DNA of 54,442 bases from Armatimonadota bacterium (lineage in GTDB: Bacteria > Armatimonadota > Armatimonadia > Armatimonadales > Armatimonadaceae). The number at the start of each line of letters is the position of its first letter. Position 1 is the first letter of the stretch. This document shows, one piece after another, positions 8,004 through 18,008 of the stretch. A program made the translations under genes and the position numbers. Under the pieces are notes generated by a model. That model made no database searches, was not told the origin of the DNA, and saw only the letters and a list, made by a program, of their open reading frames with translations. Location of the stretch: NCBI GenBank assembly GCA_043754515.1, contig JAYUUO010000041.1, positions 1-54,442 of the forward strand, written 5' to 3'.

Positions 8004-9785
8004 ATGCGGCACTTTAGCAGATTGATAACGGCGGCGATGGTAGCGACGGCGGGGGCGGCGAGTGCCGTGTCCGCGGGGGCGCAGGTGCCGTTCCGGGTAA
8101 CCAGCCCCGCGAGCGGCGCGTCGGTACGCGAGACGGTGCGCTTCCAGATGTCGCGCAGGGCACTCGGCGACGCGCAGTACCTGACGCTGACCATTGACGG
8201 CGATTTCCGCGCCGGGATTGACATCCCCAAAGTCTCGGCGAAGGGCGAACCGATTCAAACCCCCAACGTCGAGTCGAACGGGAGCGTCGTCTCCGTACTC
8301 TGGGACACGAAGGCGATCAGCAAGGACCCGAAAGTGGTCGAGGATCGCCGCGTGGTGAAGGACGGGCCGCACACGGTCGAGATCGCCGCGTATAACGCGG
8401 GCGGTCAGCGCGTCGGCGCGCAGACGTTGACGATCAATGTGAACAACAAGGGGCAACTCGCGTCCCGCTCCGGCGGCATCCTGCTCTCGTACGCCCTGCG
8501 CGTCGGGGATCGCACGAAGTACCACCAGCAGACCTCGGTGGAGTACATCACCGACCCGCAGACCACGGCACCAGGGCAGTACGGCGGCGGGCGCGCCCCG
8601 GCGAACGGCGGGCAGGGGTTCGGCGGCGGGCAAGGGTTTTCAGGCGGCCAGGGCGGTTATTCGGGCGGCCAGGGCGGCTTCCAGGGTGGCCCGCCTCCTG
8701 GGTTTCAGGGCGGCGGGTTTCAAGGCGGGCGCGGCGGCGGACGCGGGCGCGGGGGAGGTGGTCCCAACATCGGCGGCTACACGCCCCAACAACGCCCGAC
8801 CGGGCCGGTCATATTACCCGTGCAAACCGTCACCGCGAACTACGAGCGCACCGTGGAAGATAATAACGGCGGCGGGTCGTACCTGATCCGCGACAAGACG
8901 TTAGATGGCGTGATCATCTCCGGGAACGGCGCGGCGTCACGTCTGGAGAACGTGTACACGTTCAAGTCGCGCTACCGCGCCGTGCGTCCGTCGGGCTACG
9001 TGCAGGAGTTCGTGCCCGCGTCGGCGGCGCAACCGGGTGCCTACGTCGCCCTGCCGATCATTGATTTGACCGGGACGCGGCGACGCATCGGCGAGCAGTG
9101 GACGGTGAACGCTCCGGTACTTCTTGAATGGGCGACGCTGAACCGGCCGCCGATGGTGGAAACGCAGAACAAGCTCGAAGGGCTTGAGTGGCAGAGCGGC
9201 TACCAGACGGCGCGCATCGCGCAGACCTTCACCGGCAAAGTGGATGTGCCCATTTTCGGCGGCGCGGGCACGATCAAGGGTGCCGACGTTAAGATGGCCC
9301 GCACGATCTGGTTCGCCTACAAGACACAGCGCGTGATCCGCACGGAAACCCAGACCGAGGTTTCCGGCAACGCCCCGGCGAACGTGCTCCAGCAGATGGT
9401 GCCGGGCGCGGGTGTCGGTGGCGGCACGGGGTTTGGCGGCGGCGGGTTTGGTGGCGGCTTCGGCGGCGGTGATGAAGGGGGCGGGGGCGGGTTCCCCGGT
9501 TTCGGCAGCGGGGGAGGCGGCGCGATCTCCGGGGGCGGGGGTATCGGCAGACCCGGAGCCGGGTTCGGCGGCGCGCAGGGCGCGGCGGACGTGGTGCTCG
9601 TCCCGGCGAAGTTCCGGTCCAACACCGTGGTCAGTCTCGACACGTCGAAGGGTAGCGGAAAGAGGACGGTGGTCGTGGTCCGGTCGCGGCGGCGGGTCGT
9701 GGTTCGGTCGGGCAAGAAGGGCGTCGTGAAGTCAAGCGGCGTCAAGGCAAAGAACACGAGCGGGGTCAAGATGCGCCAGAACTGA
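8004..9785 (+). CDS. secreted Gly-rich protein with N-terminal Ig-like domain
   Basis: Signal peptide; WDTK...DGPHTVEIAAY Ig-like motif; two Gly-rich tracts; basic C-terminal tail; RBS AAAGGA. Confidence 0.75.
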   Translation: MRHFSRLITAAMVATAGAASAVSAGAQVPFRVTSPASGASVRETVRFQMSRRALGDAQYLTLTIDGDFRAGIDIPKVSAKGEPIQTPNVESNGSVVSVLWDTKAISKDPKVVEDRRVVKDGPHTVEIAAYNAGGQRVGAQTLTINVNNKGQLASRSGGILLSYALRVGDRTKYHQQTSVEYITDPQTTAPGQYGGGRAPANGGQGFGGGQGFSGGQGGYSGGQGGFQGGPPPGFQGGGFQGGRGGGRGRGGGGPNIGGYTPQQRPTGPVILPVQTVTANYERTVEDNNGGGSYLIRDKTLDGVIISGNGAASRLENVYTFKSRYRAVRPSGYVQEFVPASAAQPGAYVALPIIDLTGTRRRIGEQWTVNAPVLLEWATLNRPPMVETQNKLEGLEWQSGYQTARIAQTFTGKVDVPIFGGAGTIKGADVKMARTIWFAYKTQRVIRTETQTEVSGNAPANVLQQMVPGAGVGGGTGFGGGGFGGGFGGGDEGGGGGFPGFGSGGGGAISGGGGIGRPGAGFGGAQGAADVVLVPAKFRSNTVVSLDTSKGSGKRTVVVVRSRRRVVVRSGKKGVVKSSGVKAKNTSGVKMRQN

Positions 9786-9820
9786 CGGTAGCCGTCAAAC
9801 AGAGGGTAGCCGTGAATACG

Positions 9821-9863
9821 AAAAGCCCCCGTCGCCGGTGTCGGCGACGGGGGCTTGTTCTTT
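9821..9863. terminator. intrinsic terminator, probably bidirectional
   Basis: AAGCCCCCGTCGCCG / CGGCGACGGGGGCTT stem with A-rich and T-rich flanks, between convergent genes. Confidence 0.8.
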
Positions 9864-9873
9864 GTCTTCGCGA

Positions 9874-9946
9874 TGCACCCGGCGGGATTCGAACCTGCGG
9901 CCTCTTCCTTCGGAGGGAAGCGATCTATCCGCTGATCTACGAGTGC
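9874..9946 (-). tRNA. tRNA-Arg(CCG), CCA not encoded
   Basis: Reverse complement GCACTCGTAGATCAGCGGATAGATCG CTTCC CT CCG AA GGAAG AGGCCGCAGGTTCGAATCCCGCCGGGTGCA folds as a cloverleaf. Confidence 0.95.
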
Positions 9947-9958
9947 GTGATGATAGTT

Positions 9959-9987
9959 ATATTACCCCGTCGCGCGGGGGATTGCCA
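9959..9987 (-). promoter_or_regulatory. sigma70-type promoter of the tRNA
   Basis: TGGCAA-N17-TAATAT on the minus strand. Confidence 0.6.
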
Positions 9988-10072
9988 GGGAAGAGTATAG
10001 GACGATTGCCTCATAGTTTGGCCGCTCGTCGGACAAGAAATCAGGTCACCGACATATCACCCGGGGCGTACA

Positions 10073-10603
10073 TCACTCGGGGCGCGGTAGAGCATTGCGC
10101 ATGCGGAGCATCGAGAAGTGGAGCGACGAGTCGAGTAGCGTGTCGTGGAGCGGCCATAGGGACGGTGTGACGCGCAGTTCGGCATTACCCGCCGTGATCG
10201 CCTCCAGCAGATCGCCGACGGGCACCACGCTCTGCGGCTCGACCGCGATCCGGGAGGTATGGTAGCCGTCCATCCCGGTCGGCAGGAACAGATCGGGCGG
10301 GAGCCGGTACGCGAACAACTTGCACGCGCACAGCCGGGTCACCCACGCGCTTTCTACGACCAACACGCGCTCCGCCGCCGTCTGCGACAGGAACCGGTAG
10401 CGGTCGCTCGCGGACGTCTTCGGCGTCGCCCAATAGCCGATGCGCGGGCAGTCACGCGGGAACAGGTACAGCGCGGCCCGATCCGGCGTGATCGCCCATA
10501 CCATCGCCTCCCCCTTCGGCTGGCCGGGCGGGGGACTCGGCTCGAAGCGCGTGATAGTCGCGTCCTCGGAAAAGTGGAGCAGATAAGGGGTGGCATCCGA
10601 CAT
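10073..10603 (-). CDS. DUF6886-like hypothetical protein
   Basis: LHFSED..I.RFEP, VWAI, YLFPRDCPRI, FSMLRMRNA. Confidence 0.7.
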   Translation of the reverse strand: MSDATPYLLHFSEDATITRFEPSPPPGQPKGEAMVWAITPDRAALYLFPRDCPRIGYWATPKTSASDRYRFLSQTAAERVLVVESAWVTRLCACKLFAYRLPPDLFLPTGMDGYHTSRIAVEPQSVVPVGDLLEAITAGNAELRVTPSLWPLHDTLLDSSLHFSMLRMRNALPRPE

Positions 10604-10612
10604 GGCGTTATT

Positions 10613-11458
10613 TTACCCCACCGTGACCGAATCGCCCACGCGAACGACGCGCGAAACACTGGCGCGATCCGGCGTCAGATTGACGCCGAAAAGCACTTTG
10701 CCGGTGCGCGGGTCGCGGCGGAACGTCGCCAGGGTCGCCAGCGGCTCGGTGCCAGTGCTGACGCCCGTTTCCTGGTCAATCGTCGGCACCGCGCACCGGT
10801 CACACGGCTTGACGGCATGAAATGTCACCCCCGACCCGACCCGCAAAACGCCCCAATCGTCCTCGGCCCAGGGCGCGAAATCGCCCTCAATCGTCATGTT
10901 CGGGCGGAAGCGATTCATCGGGAGTGGGGCCGCGAGGCGGCGGTTCAAATCGGCGAGCGACGGCTCGGCGCAGAGCAGGAGCGGGAACGCGTCCGCGAAC
11001 CCGGCACCGTCCTCCGGCGTCACGGCATACTCCGGCTTGACTCGCCGGGGGAAATCATCGGGGACACGGACGAGGCGCACATCGGCTCCTAGTAGCCTGC
11101 CGAAGAACGCCGCGCTCGGATCGCCGCAATCCAGGGCGTCCCCGGCAAACGACCAGACACGCACGGGGCGGCGGCTCAGTTGGGCGTCGGCCTGGAACGG
11201 CAAGGAAAGCACCCGCTCCGCGCCCGTGTCCGCGTCGGGACAGGCAACGGTCAACGCGCCGTCATCCGCCACGGCCACCGCGAAGGTCGCCATGCGCGGG
11301 TGGGTGCGCTGCGAAAGAAACGTGCCCGTCTCGGCGTCCGCGAGCATCCAGCGGCGGTCGTGTTCGAGTCCGCGCGCCCCGACCACCGCCGCGCGTAGCG
11401 AAATACCCCGGCACCCCTTAATCGGATAAACATGTAGCGCGGAGACGGTGGCGTTCAT
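10613..11458 (-). CDS. MOSC-domain protein (YcbX/mARC-like)
   Basis: LHVYPIKGC, DRRWML, FADAFP, RFRPN, KPCDRC..PTIDQ. Confidence 0.9.
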   Translation of the reverse strand: MNATVSALHVYPIKGCRGISLRAAVVGARGLEHDRRWMLADAETGTFLSQRTHPRMATFAVAVADDGALTVACPDADTGAERVLSLPFQADAQLSRRPVRVWSFAGDALDCGDPSAAFFGRLLGADVRLVRVPDDFPRRVKPEYAVTPEDGAGFADAFPLLLCAEPSLADLNRRLAAPLPMNRFRPNMTIEGDFAPWAEDDWGVLRVGSGVTFHAVKPCDRCAVPTIDQETGVSTGTEPLATLATFRRDPRTGKVLFGVNLTPDRASVSRVVRVGDSVTVG

Positions 11459-11507
11459 AGGGAGCTGATTCGTTATCGGGGCATGGTCCTCCTTCACCGG
11501 GTCATTC

Positions 11508-12287
11508 TCAGTCGCCACACGCCCCGCTCCCGCCGGTCAGAAGATCCGCTATATCGGCGCGCGACGCCCTGCGCTTGACGTGCCCGTCCGTGAACAGCAC
11601 GACCGAACTGCCCTGGTGGCGCGCCGATAGCTGGTTACCCATAGGCAGGTTCATGAACCCGTCGTCCGTGGAGGCGTTGTAAACATCCCCCGACTCGTCA
11701 CTCACGGACGCTTCCTCGCTGAGCAAAAGTTGTCGGGCAGGCTCCTTAATGGCGGAAAGGGCGCGACCGGGGTTCATCCCGCCGCTCCCGTCGTTCGCGC
11801 CGTTCGGGAACGCGGTCAGGCAACTGTTCATCGCGTACGTATTTCCCGCGTCCCCGCCCCGCGCGTCCGAGGGGCAGACGAAAACCCGCTTATCTTTCGC
11901 ATACGGGAACAGCGTGCCGCGCTCGGGGTGGAACGCGCCGGGTTGCTGGTTCGCCGGGAACTGCGTATAGAACATCCACCCGCCGCCCCGGTTCGTGCCG
12001 GGGATGCCGTCGGTGGCTCCGGGCAATGTCTCGTCCGCGTCCTGCTCATACATCGCGAACGCCGCACTAAGCTGCCTCAAGTTCGAGACGCAAACGGTCT
12101 GCCGCCCCTTCTCCCGCGCGCCCGCGAACGCGGGAAATAGAATCGCGGCGAGCAGGGCAATGACGGCGATCACGACGAGCAGTTCGATCAGGGTGAAACC
12201 GCCTCGCGCGGGTGATGGCGGGATTAAATCGCGCGGCGCACCGCGCGTGACGCGGGCGCGTCTTGAGGAAAAGGACGGGTTGTTCAT
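11508..12287 (-). CDS. prepilin-type N-terminal / DUF1559 / H-X9-DG protein
   Basis: GFTLIELLVVIAVIALLAAILFP, AREKGRQTVCVSNLRQL, RHQGSSVVLFTDGHVK. Confidence 0.9.
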   Translation of the reverse strand: MNNPSFSSRRARVTRGAPRDLIPPSPARGGFTLIELLVVIAVIALLAAILFPAFAGAREKGRQTVCVSNLRQLSAAFAMYEQDADETLPGATDGIPGTNRGGGWMFYTQFPANQQPGAFHPERGTLFPYAKDKRVFVCPSDARGGDAGNTYAMNSCLTAFPNGANDGSGGMNPGRALSAIKEPARQLLLSEEASVSDESGDVYNASTDDGFMNLPMGNQLSARHQGSSVVLFTDGHVKRRASRADIADLLTGGSGACGD

Positions 12288-12419
12288 GGGGATCGGCTTA
12301 CCTAGCGAAGTTCAGACCCGCCGGCTTTGGGACGGTTGCGGGGGGCGCTTGCGGTAGATTGCGGCGAGGGGTACCGACAACAAACAAGCCCGCTCCCGCC
12401 TCCCACTAACCGCCCCGCC

Positions 12420-13487
12420 CTACCGATCCGCCGTGACCAGAACCCCCGCCGGCGACCGCGACACGCGCAACCCCAGCGGCTCCAGGGCGCGCCGCAACGC
12501 GACCGATGTGTTCTCCTTGCCGTCCATCGCGATTCGGGCGCGTAGTGCCTCTGGGTTCGGGACATCTTCCAGCGTGATCGGGACGCGGGTTGCGGTCGCC
12601 ACCTGCTGTAGTGCGTCTAAGAGCGGCATGTCGGCGAGCGTGAACGCAGGCGAGGGCCCCGAAACCGCGCCCTCCGCCGTCGCCGCGACACTGGTCGGGA
12701 CGAACAGATACCGCTCGTGCTCGGTACCGGTCGCCTTCCAACGCACCTGAATGGCGAGAGCAGTCGGCTTCCCCGCGTCGAGCGGCACGCGTAGCGTCCG
12801 TGCCGCGCTCCCCGACAAGCCCGCGTAGTCGAACGTCTTGCCCGGCTCGGTCGCTAGCCCAGGCACCGTCTTATCGCCGACGACCGTGAAACGCGCCGAC
12901 CCTTGCGTAGCGTTCTCCAACCAGAAAGTAAAATCGCAAACGGCGTGCGCGTCCGGCGTCAGAGTGTGGCTGGTCGAGATCACCAGGCGCGGCGCGGCGT
13001 CCGCCTTATCGTTCTCCGCGACCTGCCCCGCGTACGGCAACACCAGACCGCTCGCCATTCGCGCTAGCGGCATCGTGACGTTCGCCACGCGAACCGGGCC
13101 ACTCACGGTCAGCGCGCTGTTCGCGGCCAGGAAGCCCACGACGATAACGACCCCGCCTACCAGCCCCGACGCGAACACGAGCCGCCCCGTGCTCGGAAAA
13201 ATCCGCTCCCAGACCGACAGTTTCGCCTGCCCGCCGCTCCAGTACCCTTTGCGCGTCCCGGTCCGCTCCACCGCCGACAGGACGTTGTCGCGGAAAAACA
13301 TCGGTGGGTCCGACGGCGGCGTTTTCGCCCATTCATCTAGCCCCGTCCAGACCTCTCTCAGCGCGGCGAGTTCCGCCCGCGCGTCGGGCGACGCGGCGAG
13401 GTGCGCCTCCACCGCGTCCTGCTCCCCGGCGGGTAGGCGGCTTTCCAAGTAGTCTGACAGGTGATCCCGAAATCGGCTGGTTTCCAT
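12420..13487 (-). CDS. transmembrane anti-sigma factor
   Basis: LSDYLE..L...E...VEAHL N-terminus, one TM helix and an extracytoplasmic domain; directly downstream of the ECF sigma. Confidence 0.8.
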   Translation of the reverse strand: METSRFRDHLSDYLESRLPAGEQDAVEAHLAASPDARAELAALREVWTGLDEWAKTPPSDPPMFFRDNVLSAVERTGTRKGYWSGGQAKLSVWERIFPSTGRLVFASGLVGGVVIVVGFLAANSALTVSGPVRVANVTMPLARMASGLVLPYAGQVAENDKADAAPRLVISTSHTLTPDAHAVCDFTFWLENATQGSARFTVVGDKTVPGLATEPGKTFDYAGLSGSAARTLRVPLDAGKPTALAIQVRWKATGTEHERYLFVPTSVAATAEGAVSGPSPAFTLADMPLLDALQQVATATRVPITLEDVPNPEALRARIAMDGKENTSVALRRALEPLGLRVSRSPAGVLVTADR

Positions 13488-13491
13488 AATT

Positions 13492-14232
13492 CTATTCCCG
13501 CTCTTTGGGACGAGTCGCCCCATCGAAAAGTTCCGCCACGGGTGCCAGACGGTCCCGGAGGGCGAGCCGCGCCCGGTTCAGGCGGGATTTCACGGTGCCC
13601 ATCGGTTGCCCCGTGATCTCGGCGATCTCCTCATAGGACAAGCCCTGTGAATGATACAACACCACCATCGCGCGTTGCGCCTCGGGGAGCGTGCTGATCG
13701 CGCGGGCGAGCAGTTTCTTCCGTTCATCGCCCTCGGCGATCTCCACGGGACCGGGCGCGGGGTCGGCATACTGCCGCTCCACAGACGATTCGTCGAGCGC
13801 GATCTCGTCGTCGAGCGATCGGTGCGGGCGGGCGCGTTTCTTTTTGCGGTCATCGAGGAAGACGTTAGTGACGATCCGGTACAGCCAGGTCGAGAACTGC
13901 GCGTCGCCCCGGAACGAGCGCAGGTTGTTCCAGGTACGGACGAACGCTTCCTGGGAGATGTCGGAGGCGTCGTCGTAGGAGCCGGACAGGCGCAGGGCGG
14001 TGTTGAACACGCTCTTCTCATACTGGCGTACCAGTTTATCGAACGCGTCCAGATCCCCGCGCCGACTCCGCTCGATCAGGATCCGCTCCTCGCTGGTGCC
14101 GAAGTTGCCTACGCTAGTGGGGCGCGCGGGGGGCGGTTCGGGGGTGCCGTCGGCGCGGGTGGGCGATCCCGGCGGCGGGATCGCCGCCGCGCCGCCGTCA
14201 CTCGCGGGGGGTGTCGCTCGCTTCCAAAACAT
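13492..14232 (-). CDS. ECF sigma-70 factor (RpoE/SigW-like)
   Basis: DISQEAFVR, FSTWLYRIVTN, LSYEEIAEI...GTVKSRLNRAR. Confidence 0.93.
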   Translation of the reverse strand: MFWKRATPPASDGGAAAIPPPGSPTRADGTPEPPPARPTSVGNFGTSEERILIERSRRGDLDAFDKLVRQYEKSVFNTALRLSGSYDDASDISQEAFVRTWNNLRSFRGDAQFSTWLYRIVTNVFLDDRKKKRARPHRSLDDEIALDESSVERQYADPAPGPVEIAEGDERKKLLARAISTLPEAQRAMVVLYHSQGLSYEEIAEITGQPMGTVKSRLNRARLALRDRLAPVAELFDGATRPKERE

Positions 14233-14241
14233 CGCTTGTTC

Positions 14242-14949
14242 TCAGTTCCCGTTGCGCAACGCCGCGCTGAACCGGTCATTGGAGTGGAGCGGCACCGGGC
14301 GCGGGGGCATCACGCCCGCCGAGACCGCCGCCTGCGTTAGCTTATCGCGGAGCGTGCCGGGGAGCGGCTCGCCAGAGTTCGCCGCGACCACCGCGTCCGT
14401 GCCAGGCCCGCCCGCCCGCGCCGCGTCCACCGCCGCCTCTTCCTCGGGCGTGAGCGGCATGGCGGCGATACTGGCTCCGCCCTCCACCGGCTTGGCGTAC
14501 ATGCGCGTCTCGTGCCGCGCGGAAAGCCCGGTCAGCACCACGCCGTTCTCGTCCGCGTCGAGGATAGCGACCGAGAACGACTGCCGACCCCCTAGATCCG
14601 CGAACGCGTCGAAGCGCACGACGCCAATCTTCTGGAGGCACTGTTGCAGACTCGCGGCGTTCCGCTCGCCGTAGTTCGCCGCCCGCTCCACTCGGTGCGT
14701 GAGTTGCTCCATAGTGCCGACGTGATCCATAAGCATTCGCTGGACGTCCTTGCCATCCGTGCCGCGCAGGAGTCGCGCCTGCCGCCCGGTCAGCGACATC
14801 ACCCGCGCCGCGAGGAACAGCGTGGAGAGGAGAAGCGCGGCGGTCGCGCCGACCAGCGTAAGAAGCACGGCGTCCAGGTCACGGTGCAGAAAGGCGAGCG
14901 CGGATTCCGCGAGGGCATGTAGAAAAAAGGGGAATTGGGCTAGGTACAT
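14242..14949 (-). CDS. DUF4446 family membrane protein
   Basis: TM helix, then QKIGVVRFDAF...GG.QSFSVAILD...GVVLT.L..R.ETRMYAKP. Confidence 0.8.
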   Translation of the reverse strand: MYLAQFPFFLHALAESALAFLHRDLDAVLLTLVGATAALLLSTLFLAARVMSLTGRQARLLRGTDGKDVQRMLMDHVGTMEQLTHRVERAANYGERNAASLQQCLQKIGVVRFDAFADLGGRQSFSVAILDADENGVVLTGLSARHETRMYAKPVEGGASIAAMPLTPEEEAAVDAARAGGPGTDAVVAANSGEPLPGTLRDKLTQAAVSAGVMPPRPVPLHSNDRFSAALRNGN

Positions 14950-15040
14950 GAGCGCGGGAGGGGCGTATCGAAAGGAAAATTGGTATACTTCCCATTGTAC
15001 CGCGTTTTATCGGGGCGGGTATATGCGCTATTGCTAGAAG

Positions 15041-15150
15041 CAGGACAAGCGCATCCAAAACTGTTGGGTCGGGTGGGTGGTTCTGGTCGGGCGGTCGGGG
15101 TGACTACCCATGTTTGGTGGGTAGCCGACAATTTAGATGCGCTCGCCCTA
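15041..15150. mobile_element. MITE copy 1 (ISAs1-like ends)
   Basis: Ends CAGGACAAGCGCATCCAAAACTGTTGG and CCGACAATTTAGATGCGCTCGCCCTA are imperfect TIRs. Flanking direct repeat TGCTAGAA at 15032-15039 and 15152-15159. Homologous to 54125-54219. Confidence 0.8.
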
Positions 15151-15174
15151 GTGCTAGAAATCAACGATAAAGCC

Positions 15175-17918
15175 ATGTTCGACAAGGGAAACGACGGCCC
15201 CGAGTGGGCGAACGAAACCGAACAACTGCTACGGGCGCAGGCCGACTCCGTGCCACAGATTCTATGGACGTCGGATGCCACCGGTGGCATCCTCTTCGCC
15301 AACCAGCGGTTCCGCGAGTACACCGGGCTTTCCCAGCGGGACCTGCAAACCGAACTGATTTTGACCATCATCCACCCGAACGACCGCGAGGGATATTCAC
15401 GCTCGCGCGCCGACGCCATCGCGAGCGGCGCGGAGTGGGAGCGCGGTTTCCGCATCAAGCGCAACGACGGCGCGTACCGCTGGCACCCGGCGCGGTGCGC
15501 CCCCAACCGCGCCGCCGCCGGTGACGTCACGCACTGGTTCGGCTCCGCGACCGACATACACGACATACACGAGGCGCGCGAGTCCCTGCGCCAGAGTCAG
15601 GAACGCCTCCAAATCGTCCTCGGCGCGAGCAAGATCGGCGCGGCGGTGTACGATCTTTCGGAACAGGTAGTCCGCGCCGACCCGCAAGCGCACGCGGTAT
15701 TCGGCGTCCCACACGCGCCGGAAACCCCGCTCCCGACGTGGACGGCGCGCATCCATCCCGACGATCTTCCCGCCTTCTACGACGCGCTCGGGCGGTTCGG
15801 GCGCAACGAGATCCATGACTACCGCCTACGATACCGCGTCCGGGGGGAAGACGGCAACTGGCGTGACGTGGCCAGCCACGCCGTGGTGACGAAACGCGGC
15901 GCGGACGGCACCCCCGTGGAACTGACGGCGGTCGCTCAGGAGATATCGGACCGCGAGGTGGAAAAACGCAACGCGCTCGAATCCCAGCAACGGCTGATGC
16001 TAGCGGTCGAGATGGCGCGGATGGGGTTCGCCGAATACGACATCAAGGCGCACACCTTGAAAGTGTCGCCCACGGGTCTCGCGATGGCGGGCCTGGTCCC
16101 GACCGAGCCGCCGCTCACGCCCGATCAATGGTTCGCCCTGGTAGACCCCCCGGACCAGGCCCGCGTCACCGCCGCCTGGGCGTCGCTCCTCGACGGCACT
16201 GCCGACGGCGTCGCCGTGGAATACCGCCTGCGCCGCGCGGATAACGACCAGGTGATCTGGATATCGTCCCGCACCACGCTGATCCGCGACGCGGACGGGT
16301 CACCCGCATGGACGCTCGGCGTCTGGTTCGACCGCACCGAGGAGAACCGGGCGCAGGATCTGCTACAAACCCAGGCGCGGGAACCGCGGGAGATCACTGA
16401 CCAGCGAACCATAGCGTTCCAGGCCGCGCGTATCTGGGACTGGGACATCGCCACGATCGCGGGCAGTGGTCCGCCGAGCAGAAACGTCTGTTCGGGGTAC
16501 CGGAGGACGAAGACACGGGCGACGTCCGGTTCCTGGAGTTCCTGCACCCCGACGACCGCGAGACGGTTCGCAACTCCATGGACGCGGTGGTCGCTGACCC
16601 GGAGCGGCTCGACTACGAGGACGAATTCCGCATCGTGCGCCGCGACGGCGAAACGCGCTGGTTGCACGGGCGAGGCTACATCTACCGCGACCGGGACGGC
16701 AAGCCGCTCCGCGTGACCGGGGTGGACATGGACATCACGGAGCGTAAGGCCGCTGAAGACGCGCTGGCATCCGCCCTGGAGCGGGTCTCCTCACACGTCT
16801 CCAACTCCCCGCTTGCCGTGATCGAATGGGATGCCGACTGGCGTATCTGTCAGTGGAGTAAGCAAGCCGAGCGCGTCTTCGGTTGCACCCGCGAGGAGAT
16901 GATGGGCGTTTCCGGCAACGACTGGAACTACATCCACGAGGGCGACCGCGCCCGCGTCGAAGAGGAGATGAAACGGATCGCGGAGGTCGGCTTCGGCGTT
17001 TGCGGTTGCCGCAATCTCACCCGGTCGGGCGATGTCATCCATTGCGAATGGTACAACACGTTCCTGAAAGATGATAGCGGCAGGTTGACTTCCGTTCTGT
17101 CCTAGATCATGGACGTTTCGGAACGCGTCCGCGCGGAAGCCGCGCTGGCCGCCTCGAACGCCAAGCAGTCGCGGATCGCGCAAAGCCTTCAGGAATCTTT
17201 CACTATTCGCGCCGCCCGAGGACGCATTTTCCGGGCTGGAACTGGGTACGTTATACGAGGCGGCGCGGGACGAGGCGCAGGTGGGCGGCGACTTCTTCGA
17301 CGCGTTCGCATTTCAGGACGACAAGATCTGTTTCGTGGTCGGAGACGTAACAGGCAAAGGCTTGCACGCCGCCACGTTCACCGCCGAGGTGAAGTTCGCG
17401 ATCCGGGCATATGTCCACGAGACCGGCGAGGCCGCGCGCTCCCTGACGCTATTGAACCGCTTCCTATGCGACTGGCGCGGCCTCGTCGTGGACACGTTCG
17501 TCGCCGTCGCTGTCGTCGTGTTCGACGCCGCCACCGGGCTGGGCGCGGCGACTATAGGCGGCATGGAACCACCGCTCATCTGCCGCGCGGGCACGGGCGT
17601 TGTCGAGGAGATGTTCACGCGGGGGATGGTGCTGGGCGCGGATAGGAACGCGAGAGTATGACGACGCGCCGTTCGCGCTCGCGCCGGGCGACCTGCTCGC
17701 GCTGACCACGAACGGGACGACCGAGGCGCGGAACGCGGAGCGGGAGTTCTGGGGATTGGACGACATGGCATGGTGCGTCCAGGAGACGCTACGCGCGTCG
17801 CCGGGGGCTCGGCCCGAGCCGCGTGGCGCACGCGTGCTTAAACGAAGCGAAGGCATGGTGCGGCGGCACGCTGACCGACGACGCGTGTATACTCATAACG
17901 CGATTCACGGGCAATTAA
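15175..17918 (+). pseudogene. multi-PAS SpoIIE/PP2C phosphatase, disrupted
   Basis: PAS/PAC repeats, then VGGDFFD, GDVTGKG, T(N)G..EAR and TDDAC, spread over several frames. Frameshifts near 16470, 17205, 17650 and 17845; in-frame TAG at 17103-17105. Confidence 0.85.
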
Positions 17919-18008
17919 CGAACAGACACATATATTCAGTTGAAACAGGAGAGAGCATGAGCACCGCGATCCGCGAAGGCGGCCGCGTCGCGCAATGATT
18001 GTTTACCT

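Noticed and set aside
8600..8760. Gly-rich DNA repeats as a CRISPR or VNTR array
   Set aside because: They are degenerate codon repeats inside a CDS, with no constant repeat-spacer structure.
9874..9946. tRNA-Arg as an integration site
   Set aside because: No integrase and no duplicated tRNA 3' end was seen in the window.
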